NCBI GenBank assembly: GCA_945919375.1
Contig: CAMEJD010000002.1
Location: 35,643 to 99,642, forward strand
Origin: an uncultured Clostridia bacterium
GTDB lineage: Bacteria > Bacillota > Clostridia > Christensenellales > UBA1242
Direction: 5' to 3'
Length of the DNA: 64,000 nucleotides
The notes under the pieces were generated by a model. It was not told the origin of the DNA, did not search any database, and was given only the letters and a program-made list of their open reading frames with translations. Shown one piece after another: positions 28,772-36,435 of the stretch (the first letter of the stretch is position 1; every line of letters starts with the position of its first letter). The translations under genes and the position numbers were made by a program.

Positions 28772-29869
28772 ATGGAAGAAGATAATAAACAAATATGGAA
28801 TAACATTATAATAAATTGCTTTAATGAAAATAAAGGTACTGAAGAATTCGCAATTCAAACATTGTGGGAAAATATATTTATAGAATATTTAAATTATAAA
28901 AAACTAGAAGACGACATCATCTCACATAAGGAAATGATGATTGGTTCAACAAAAAAAATAATCACAGATATTGTATTGAGAAAAGATAACAAAGATTTTG
29001 CTGTTGTGGAATTAAAAAAAGAATGTTTTGATGCTTGTGATAAGAAACATTTTGAACAACTTTTAAGTTATTTAAAATTATTAAAAATTCCAATTGGTAT
29101 CCTTATTGCAAACAAAATAAATTTAATTGTATACGATTACAATAAAGATGATGAAGACCAACAATCAATACAAATAGAATTTGATAAAGATAATCCACTT
29201 GGCGAAAAATTTGTAAATTTATTTAAAAAAGAGAATTTGAATGAAGCCAAAATTAAAGATTTTGTAAATGAAAATTACAAAATTGAAAAGAACAAACAAG
29301 AACTTGAAAAATTTATAAATGATGAACAATTTATAAAATCAATATTGGCCAATTATTTCAAAGAAAATGGTTATAATCAAACTACTATTGATTTGCTTTT
29401 CAACGATTATAAAATAATCACCACTCATAAAGTAATATTACCATTAACTCCCACTCCCAGCACTAAGCTATCTCCCAAACTACCTACACATACATTAAAA
29501 AAAAGTATATCACACAAATTAAGCAAAGAGAATGCGATTGTTCTTTGTGAAAAACACAACATATCCATTCCAGTATATAATACTTTTGCGAATTATAACG
29601 GGAAAATATATCCTGCAAATGTAAAATTAGATTATTTGAATCACGACTGGTTTATTTTGTTAAATAATAATGAAGAGAAAAAATTACATATCCTAAAAAT
29701 TCCAGCAAACACATTCTGTCAAGCTAATTTTTATATAAGACCTGATAAAAACCTAATTGTGTTAGCATTTGATAGTGATTTTGTGGATAATCATCCATTT
29801 TATGAAATAGATAATGATTTTAGTAAATATATAGTTGGTGAAATAGATTATAGTAAGGGGGTTTTATAA
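28772..29869 (+). CDS. Protein with an N-terminal PD-(D/E)xK nuclease-like domain (HsdR-N-terminal-like) and an uncharacterised C-terminal domain.
   Basis: 365 aa with RBS AAAGGAGAAAG. The N-terminal segment IITDIVLRKDNKDFAVVELKKE gives a D...ExK arrangement, followed by FEQLLSYLKLLKIPIGILIANK. A proline-rich linker (LPLTPTPSTKLSPKLP) precedes a C-terminal domain I do not recognise. Confidence 0.5.
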   Translation: MEEDNKQIWNNIIINCFNENKGTEEFAIQTLWENIFIEYLNYKKLEDDIISHKEMMIGSTKKIITDIVLRKDNKDFAVVELKKECFDACDKKHFEQLLSYLKLLKIPIGILIANKINLIVYDYNKDDEDQQSIQIEFDKDNPLGEKFVNLFKKENLNEAKIKDFVNENYKIEKNKQELEKFINDEQFIKSILANYFKENGYNQTTIDLLFNDYKIITTHKVILPLTPTPSTKLSPKLPTHTLKKSISHKLSKENAIVLCEKHNISIPVYNTFANYNGKIYPANVKLDYLNHDWFILLNNNEEKKLHILKIPANTFCQANFYIRPDKNLIVLAFDSDFVDNHPFYEIDNDFSKYIVGEIDYSKGVL

Positions 29870-29871
29870 TT

Positions 29872-30198
29872 ATGCCATCAGAATTAGGATTTAAAGAATA
29901 TTTAATAGAAGAAGAATATAAACATTGGACAGGGTCTGGTTATCCTAGCACCGTTCTTCAATATGTATCAGCAATTGAACAAGTAATGAAACAAGAAGGA
30001 ATCCAAGATTGGTTAACTCTTGTCGAAGAATTACCAAACTTAATTCTCAAATACGACAAACATGGCTCAATGGAAAAATTTGGGGCTAAAGGTCATAACA
30101 CAGTCATAAATGCACTAAAAAGATTTAGTGAATATGTGTTAAATGCAACAGATTATGCCGAAACATTAACAGCAAAATGGACAAAAATGGGGTGTTAA
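29872..30198 (+). CDS. Small hypothetical protein (108 aa).
   Basis: The ORF starts 2 nt after the upstream stop (GGGGG upstream) and ends 2 nt before the ARH start. No motif recognised. Confidence 0.6.
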   Translation: MPSELGFKEYLIEEEYKHWTGSGYPSTVLQYVSAIEQVMKQEGIQDWLTLVEELPNLILKYDKHGSMEKFGAKGHNTVINALKRFSEYVLNATDYAETLTAKWTKMGC

Positions 30199-30200
30199 AT

Positions 30201-31043
30201 ATGGAGAAAAATAGTATAATTGGAGCAATTATTGGAGATATTGCAGGTTCAAGATTTGAATTTAATTCAATAAAAAGTAAAGAGTTTGATTTATTACTTA
30301 AAGCAGAACACCGCCCTGAATCGTGTTACGAATATCGTTTGACATGTCATTTTACTGATGACACAGTTATGACAATTGCAGTGGCAAATGCCCTAATTGA
30401 ATCAAATGGAAATTGGGAAACCCTTAAAAACGCAACAATAAAAAATTTGAAATATTATGGACAAAAATATCCGCATGCAGGTTATGGCTCAAGGTTTAAA
30501 ACATGGCTTAATAGTAATACCTCAGAACCATATAACTCATTTGGGAACGGAAGTGCAATGCGTATTAGTTCTGTACCATATTTTGCAAAAAGTTTGGAAG
30601 AAGTTAAAATATTGTCATCTCTCGTGACTGAAGTAACACACAATCATCCAGAAGGTGTTAAAGGTGCAGAAGCTGTAGCGGTTTGCATTTGGCTTGCAAT
30701 GAATGGTTATGATAAAAATTACATAAAAAATTATGTTGAAGAAAATTATTACAAATTAAATTTTGATTATGATGATTTACTTAAAAACTACACATTTAGT
30801 GAATCTTGTCAAGGTTCGGTACCACAATCAATATTTGCATTTATAATATCAAATAGTTACGAGGATACACTAAGGACCGCTATATCAATGGGAGGAGATT
30901 CTGATACGATGGCATGTATTGCTGGCTCAATTGCCGGTGTGTACTATGGAATACCAAAAAAGATTTATGACCAAGCATTAGAATTTTTACCCCCTGACTT
31001 TATAAATGTTATTAAAAAAGTTAATAACAACAAAAATAATTAA
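30201..31043 (+). CDS. ADP-ribosylglycohydrolase (ARH/DraG family).
   Basis: Motifs GAIIGDIAGSRFEF, HFTDDTVMTIAVA, GYGSRFKTWL, SFGNGSAMRISSV and GGDSDTMACIAGSIAGVYYG. I prefer the ATG at 30201 (MEKNSIIG...) to the track start at 30177, which overlaps the upstream gene. Confidence 0.85.
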   Translation: MEKNSIIGAIIGDIAGSRFEFNSIKSKEFDLLLKAEHRPESCYEYRLTCHFTDDTVMTIAVANALIESNGNWETLKNATIKNLKYYGQKYPHAGYGSRFKTWLNSNTSEPYNSFGNGSAMRISSVPYFAKSLEEVKILSSLVTEVTHNHPEGVKGAEAVAVCIWLAMNGYDKNYIKNYVEENYYKLNFDYDDLLKNYTFSESCQGSVPQSIFAFIISNSYEDTLRTAISMGGDSDTMACIAGSIAGVYYGIPKKIYDQALEFLPPDFINVIKKVNNNKNN

Positions 31044-31068
31044 ATTTATTTATAAAAATGGAAAAAAT

Positions 31069-31758
31069 ATGATAAAAATTTCAATAAAAAAGCAATTACA
31101 AAAATATATAGCTGAAAATTATATTGATGAAGAAATTCAAGAAAATTTGTTTAGTAATGACCAAGATGATGAAATATTATCTGATCAGTGTGATGATAAA
31201 TTAGAAGAAGTCAATCACACTATTAAAAACAAAACGAATAATAATACAAATATCACTCAAAAAGATTATACAAAAATGCCAAATTATAATGAAATGAAAG
31301 AAGTGATAACTAAATGTTTTAAACATTGGAAAAAGGATGATGTAAATTATGCTAATACGAATCGTTCTTGTTGCATTTTACCAAATACCAATTTATTACC
31401 CTCAAATCTTAAATTTGAAACAAAACCAAAGTTTTCAGAAGTATTATTAGAATATATTGATAAAAAAAATATGACTGATGCTGAATGTTATAAAAAGGCA
31501 GGAGTTGATAGAAGATTATTTTCCAAAATACGTAGCAATAAGGATTATTCCCCATCAAAGAAAACCGTATTTGCTTTTATTATTGCATTAAAATTAAATA
31601 TGCATGAAGCAGAAGATTTGATGATGAGTGCTGGTTATTGTATTTCTAATAGCCACCTGAAAGATGTTATTATTTCTTTTTGTATTAAAAATGCTATTTA
31701 TAACATTTATGATATCAATTCATTACTTGCACAATATGGAGCAGAAACAATTGATTAG
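31069..31758 (+). CDS. Protein with an acidic N-terminus and a C-terminal helix-turn-helix domain.
   Basis: Preferred start is MIKISIKK at 31069; the track start at 31006 overlaps the ARH gene. The C-terminal part MTDAECYKKAGVDRRLFSKIRSNKDYSPSKKTVFAFIIALKLNMHEAEDLMMSAGYCIS resembles a recurrent Firmicute HTH module. Confidence 0.6.
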   Translation: MIKISIKKQLQKYIAENYIDEEIQENLFSNDQDDEILSDQCDDKLEEVNHTIKNKTNNNTNITQKDYTKMPNYNEMKEVITKCFKHWKKDDVNYANTNRSCCILPNTNLLPSNLKFETKPKFSEVLLEYIDKKNMTDAECYKKAGVDRRLFSKIRSNKDYSPSKKTVFAFIIALKLNMHEAEDLMMSAGYCISNSHLKDVIISFCIKNAIYNIYDINSLLAQYGAETID

Positions 31759-31775
31759 GAATTCTATAATAATTT

Positions 31776-31805
31776 GTCGCCCAAAAGGCGACCTTTTTTA
31801 TTTTA
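31776..31805 (+). terminator. Rho-independent terminator ending the 28772-31758 operon.
   Basis: gtcgcc (31776-31781), loop caaaa, ggcgac (31787-31792), followed by cTTTTTTATTTT. Confidence 0.65.
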
Positions 31806-31846
31806 TTTGCGATAATATATCCTTGTTATATTAAAAGGAGAAAAAA

Positions 31847-32524
31847 ATGACAAAAGAATTTATAGATGTAATAATATTATTAGATCAAAGTATTTCTATG
31901 ATAGAATTAACTGATGACACAATTGGCGGATTCAATTCACTAATTGAAACCCAAAAAAAGGAAAATGAAAATAAAGATGTTTTTGTTACAACGTATTTAT
32001 TTAATACTGAAATCAAAACATTGTGTGATTCTAAACGAATATCCCAAATTAAGCCTTTAACAAGGCAAGAGTACGTTGCATCAGGAAGCACTGCACTTTT
32101 TGATGCTATTGGTTATGCAATCAAAAGAGAAGAAAATAAAGTTAGGAGACTTAAACGAAATCATAAAGCAATCCCCTCAAAAACACTTTATGTTATTACA
32201 ACAGATGGATATGAAAATTCAAGTAGGAAATATAGGACACTTGATTCGATTCGTGATTTAATAAAAAAGAAGAAAAAAGAAGGTTCATGTTTCGTGTTTA
32301 TTGGTGCAGATATTGATTCCGATGAATTTGCTGAAAAACTTGGTATTGGTTCAGATTACGCATTTAATGTTAATAGAAGTTCAATAGGTATAAGAGATAT
32401 GATGGATAATGTTTCGTGTTGCATGATAGACTTAAATACTCCTAATTTTGATGAAAAAATAAGGAATAGATCTTTTTTAAGAAGAAATATGATTAACAAC
32501 TCTCACACAAATAAAAGAACATAA
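31847..32524 (+). CDS. von Willebrand factor A (vWA) domain protein with an intact MIDAS motif.
   Basis: 225 aa with RBS AAAAGGAGAAAAA. Motifs VIILLDQSISM (DxSxS), SGSTALFDAIG and VITTDGYENSS. Confidence 0.75.
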   Translation: MTKEFIDVIILLDQSISMIELTDDTIGGFNSLIETQKKENENKDVFVTTYLFNTEIKTLCDSKRISQIKPLTRQEYVASGSTALFDAIGYAIKREENKVRRLKRNHKAIPSKTLYVITTDGYENSSRKYRTLDSIRDLIKKKKKEGSCFVFIGADIDSDEFAEKLGIGSDYAFNVNRSSIGIRDMMDNVSCCMIDLNTPNFDEKIRNRSFLRRNMINNSHTNKRT

Positions 32525-32557
32525 AAATTTTCATTCTGATTCTTAAATATAGAGTTT

Positions 32558-32606
32558 AAAAACTTTACTTACTGAGTTCTTTGCTCATTCGGTAAAGTTT
32601 TTTAAT
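32558..32606 (+). terminator. Rho-independent terminator downstream of the vWA gene.
   Basis: aaaactttac (32558-32567) / gtaaagtttt (32592-32601), with an inner tgag/ctca extension, followed by a T-run. Confidence 0.5.
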
Positions 32607-32898
32607 TACTTTTTGCAGTATTTAATTATTATAATCTATCCAAGCTTTATATTTGTCTTGACAAAACAAGCACATGTTAGTTAAATATCCTTTTTTATTA
32701 TTCCTTTCTTTTGCCCCATGATAGTAAAATAACTTATGACTTTCATCTATAATAAATTGGATGAAATTCGATTTCAAGGTGGGTTAATTAAAAGCAAAGA
32801 TTTAATATGATGGACTCATACTCTTTTGATGAAAGCAAAGAAAAGATGATTATAAGTTAAATCAAATATTTACAAAAATATTGTGTAATTTTAACAAT

Positions 32899-32935
32899 AA
32901 AAAAACTCAATCAAATCTATGATTGAGTTTTTTTG
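32899..32935 (-). terminator. Hairpin terminator downstream of secA, bidirectional in form.
   Basis: actcaatca (32905-32913) / tgattgagt (32920-32928), flanked by an A7 run on the left and a T7 run on the right. Confidence 0.55.
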
Positions 32936-32949
32936 TAATTTCAAAAATA

Positions 32950-35634
32950 TTAGTTTTTATCTTTTCCACAGCAGTTTTTATATTTTTTCCCACTTCCACA
33001 TGGACAAGGGGCATTTCTTCTTATTACCCTATCATTCTTTTCAACTGTTTTTGGTGGTGCATTATCAACAATGTCTGCTGGTTTGAAAACATGTTGCTTT
33101 GGCATTTCAACCTTTCTTTCGATTTCAATTTTTGTGTTAAGCAAGAATGCTGTCACATCTTCATGAATTCTATCCACCATATGGTCAAACATTTCAAACC
33201 CTTGACGTTTGTATTCAACAACTGGGTCTTTTTGTCCATATGCTTGAATCCCAATTTCGTTTCTTAATATTTGCATTTGGTCAATGTGATCCATCCAAAG
33301 TGAATCAACAACACGAAGAAGAATTAACCTTTCAAACATAGAAAAGTCTACGCCAACTTCTTTTGTTTTTTCAACATTAACTTGATATTTGTCTGTGATA
33401 ACTTTTAAGATTTTGTCAACAACATCACTTACTTCACAATTTTCAACAAATTCTTCTGTAACAAGGTTTGTTCCCTTTGGGAAAAGTTTGTCTTCAAGAG
33501 CAGTGTTAAGCGCCTTTAAATCCCATTCAAAATATGGTTTGTCGGCATCAAGATATGTGTTACAAATATTCCCAACAACTTCTGGATACATTTCCATAAT
33601 TTGTTCGTGAACGTCAACACCATCTAAAACTTTATTTCTTTCACCGTAAATAATTTGACGTTGCTTGCTCATAACATCATCAAAGCGAAGAACATTTTTT
33701 CTTGAAGCAAAGTTTTGAGCTTCAATTCTCTTTTGTGCTACTTCAATTTGTCTAGATAGCATACGCATTTGAAGTGGTGTTGAATCATCTATTTTCAAAA
33801 AGTCGGCAATTTTTTGTAATCTTTCACCACCAAATCTAACCATAAGGTCATCTTCAAGCGAAAGGAAGAAAACTGATGAACCTGGGTCACCTTGACGACC
33901 TGCACGACCACGCAATTGGTTATCAATACGCCTTGATTCGTGTCTTTCAGTTCCCAAAATATGGAGGCCTCCCAAAGCAATTACTTTTTCTTTTTCTGCG
34001 TCGGTTATCTTTTTAAATTCATCATAATATCTTCTATATGTCTCTCTTGCAGAAAGCAAATGCTCGTCATCGCTTGGAGCAAAAGATGTTGAGAATGAAA
34101 TTTGTTCATCATCAAAATTCTCTTCTCTCATTCGTTTTATCGCCATAAATTCTGGGTTACCACCAAGCAAAATATCTGTTCCACGACCTGCCATATTGGT
34201 TGCAATTGTTACCGCACCAATTCTACCTGCCTGGGCAACAATCTCACTTTCTTGTTGGTGATTTTTTGCATTAAGGACAACATGGCGAATTTTTGCCTTG
34301 TTTAGTGCATCACTTATTTCTTCACTCTTATCAATGGTGACTGTGCCAACAAGAACCGGTTGACCTTTTGCATTTCTTTCTTTTATCTCTTCGACAATTG
34401 CCGCTACTTTGCCCTTTTCGGTACGATATACAACATCATTATAGTCAATTCTTTGTGGCTTTTTGTTTGCTGGAATTGTGATTACATCCACATTATATAT
34501 CCCGTTAAATTCATCTTCTTCTGTTTTTGCAGTACCTGTCATACCAGAGAGTTTGTGGTACAAACGGAAATAATTTTGGAAAGTTATTGTTGCAAGGGTT
34601 TTGTTCTCATCTTTAATTTTTACACCTTCTTTGGCTTCAATTGCTTGATGAAGTCCGTCACTATATCTTCTCCCCTGCATCAAACGACCAGTGAATTCAT
34701 CAACAATCAAAATTTCATCGTCTTTGACAATATAGTTTTCATCTCTCTTCATAATGAAATTTGCTTTTAAAGCATTCATAATATAGTGGTCAAGTTCAAG
34801 ATTGTTTACATCTGACAAGTTGTCAACTTTAAAAAATCTTTCCGCCTTTTCAATCCCTTGTTCAGTCAAGTGGATTGCCTTTATTTTTTTGTCAATTTCA
34901 AAATCATCTTCTTCTTTTAAAGTTTTTGCAAACTTATCTGCCGAGTAATATGAATCACTTGATTTCATTCCACGACCAGAAATAATAAGTGGGGTTCTTG
35001 CTTCATCAATCAAAATGCTATCAACTTCATCAACAATAGCAAAGTTTTGTCCCCTTTGGACTTTTTGTCTTTTGTCTACAACCATATTATCACGAAGATA
35101 ATCAAAGCCAAGTTCGTTGTTTGTGCAATATGTGATGTCACATAAATATGCATTACGTTTGTCTTGTTCGTTCATTCCACTAATTGCAACACCAACGGTA
35201 AGTCCAAGAAATTTGTAAACCTTTCCCATCCATTCTGCATCACGACGAGCCAAATATTCGTTTACTGTTACGACATGAACACCTTTGCCCGTTAGTGCAT
35301 TAAGATAAGCGGGAAGGGTTGCAACCAAAGTTTTACCTTCACCTGTTCTCATTTCTGCAATTCTGCCTTGGTGAAGTGCAACACCACCCATAATTTGAAC
35401 CTTGAAGTGTCTCATATTGAGAACTCTTGCCGATGCTTCTCTTACAACAGCAAAAGCGTCTGGCAAAATATCATTCAATGTTTCGCCTTTGTTTAATCTT
35501 TCTTTCAAAGCATTTGTTTGTGCAACAAGGGTATTGTTGTCCATTGCTTTATATTTATCTTCTAATGCCAAAACTTGGTCGGCAATTTTTTCCAACTTTT
35601 TTAATCTTTTCTTTTCGCCTGAAAATAAGCCCAT
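32950..35634 (-). CDS. secA: Preprotein translocase ATPase SecA.
   Basis: 894 aa. Motifs MRTGEGKTLVATLPAYLNAL, DEVDSILIDEARTPLIISG and TNMAGRGTDI. C-terminal zinc motif CPCGSGKKYKNCCGK. RBS AGGAGAA. Confidence 0.97.
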   Translation of the reverse strand: MGLFSGEKKRLKKLEKIADQVLALEDKYKAMDNNTLVAQTNALKERLNKGETLNDILPDAFAVVREASARVLNMRHFKVQIMGGVALHQGRIAEMRTGEGKTLVATLPAYLNALTGKGVHVVTVNEYLARRDAEWMGKVYKFLGLTVGVAISGMNEQDKRNAYLCDITYCTNNELGFDYLRDNMVVDKRQKVQRGQNFAIVDEVDSILIDEARTPLIISGRGMKSSDSYYSADKFAKTLKEEDDFEIDKKIKAIHLTEQGIEKAERFFKVDNLSDVNNLELDHYIMNALKANFIMKRDENYIVKDDEILIVDEFTGRLMQGRRYSDGLHQAIEAKEGVKIKDENKTLATITFQNYFRLYHKLSGMTGTAKTEEDEFNGIYNVDVITIPANKKPQRIDYNDVVYRTEKGKVAAIVEEIKERNAKGQPVLVGTVTIDKSEEISDALNKAKIRHVVLNAKNHQQESEIVAQAGRIGAVTIATNMAGRGTDILLGGNPEFMAIKRMREENFDDEQISFSTSFAPSDDEHLLSARETYRRYYDEFKKITDAEKEKVIALGGLHILGTERHESRRIDNQLRGRAGRQGDPGSSVFFLSLEDDLMVRFGGERLQKIADFLKIDDSTPLQMRMLSRQIEVAQKRIEAQNFASRKNVLRFDDVMSKQRQIIYGERNKVLDGVDVHEQIMEMYPEVVGNICNTYLDADKPYFEWDLKALNTALEDKLFPKGTNLVTEEFVENCEVSDVVDKILKVITDKYQVNVEKTKEVGVDFSMFERLILLRVVDSLWMDHIDQMQILRNEIGIQAYGQKDPVVEYKRQGFEMFDHMVDRIHEDVTAFLLNTKIEIERKVEMPKQHVFKPADIVDNAPPKTVEKNDRVIRRNAPCPCGSGKKYKNCCGKDKN

Positions 35635-35709
35635 AATATTCTCCTAACTTTTTTATTGTACAATACTTGCAAAAATAATCAAAACATTTTTCAAGAAGTT
35701 TTTATATTT

Positions 35710-36435
35710 CTAATCTTTTTTGTCAAAATCTTTCATTGTGTGTGCAACTGTTATCACAAAAACTTGACTTGCCCCGCCTTTCTTTAATGCCCTTGCACAA
35801 CACTCAATTGTTGCGCCCGTTGTAAAAATATCGTCAACAAGCAAAACTCTTTTTCCTTTAAAAAATTTTTTATCCTTTGTTTTGAATGCATCAATTAAGT
35901 TATTTTTTCTTTCCGAAAAGTCAAGTCCTACTTGACTTTTGGTATCTTTTATTTTTAAAAGGTTGTTCTCATCATATGGCAAATTTATCAGTTTTGAAAG
36001 TCCATTCGCAAGAAGCCCAGCCTGATTATATCCACGAGATTTAAGCCTTGCTTGTGTCATTGGAACAGGAATAACAATATCACAACTATACTTTTCGGTT
36101 TTATAAAGTTTGCACAAATCTTTCGAAAAGTCTTCTGCTAAATATTGTGCATTATTGAATTTTAAATTATGAATAAGTGTAACAATTTTACCCTTATATT
36201 CATAACACGACCTTGCCATTTCATATGGCTTAGATTTTTTACAAAAATCGCAATACCTATCTATGGAATGAATTGGTATCCCACATCTAAAACACACTTG
36301 CCCAACAATTTTTGGAAGTGTTTTTTGACATTCACTGCAAATACCATTACTACCTTCTTCAAATATATCTTTTGAACAAACATTGCAGGTGATATGCTTT
36401 GGAAACAATAAATCAAAAATAATGTTATTTTTCAT
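35710..36435 (-). CDS. comFC: ComF-family phosphoribosyltransferase-like competence protein (ComFC).
   Basis: 241 aa. N-terminal CxxC zinc-finger pairs (CNVCSK...CSECQ, CFRCG...CDFC). PRTase motif RVLLVDDIFTTGATI. The start overlaps the recD2 stop by 4 nt. Confidence 0.8.
   Translation of the reverse strand: MKNNIIFDLLFPKHITCNVCSKDIFEEGSNGICSECQKTLPKIVGQVCFRCGIPIHSIDRYCDFCKKSKPYEMARSCYEYKGKIVTLIHNLKFNNAQYLAEDFSKDLCKLYKTEKYSCDIVIPVPMTQARLKSRGYNQAGLLANGLSKLINLPYDENNLLKIKDTKSQVGLDFSERKNNLIDAFKTKDKKFFKGKRVLLVDDIFTTGATIECCARALKKGGASQVFVITVAHTMKDFDKKD

Noticed and set aside
32610-32900. Short reading frames (17-21 codons, for example MKVISYFTIMGQKKGIIKKDI and MCLFCQDKYKAWIDYNN on the minus strand) between the vWA terminator and the secA terminator.
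   Set aside because: They are too short and have no supporting motif or convincing RBS. The region is noted only as probable decayed sequence within the island finding.
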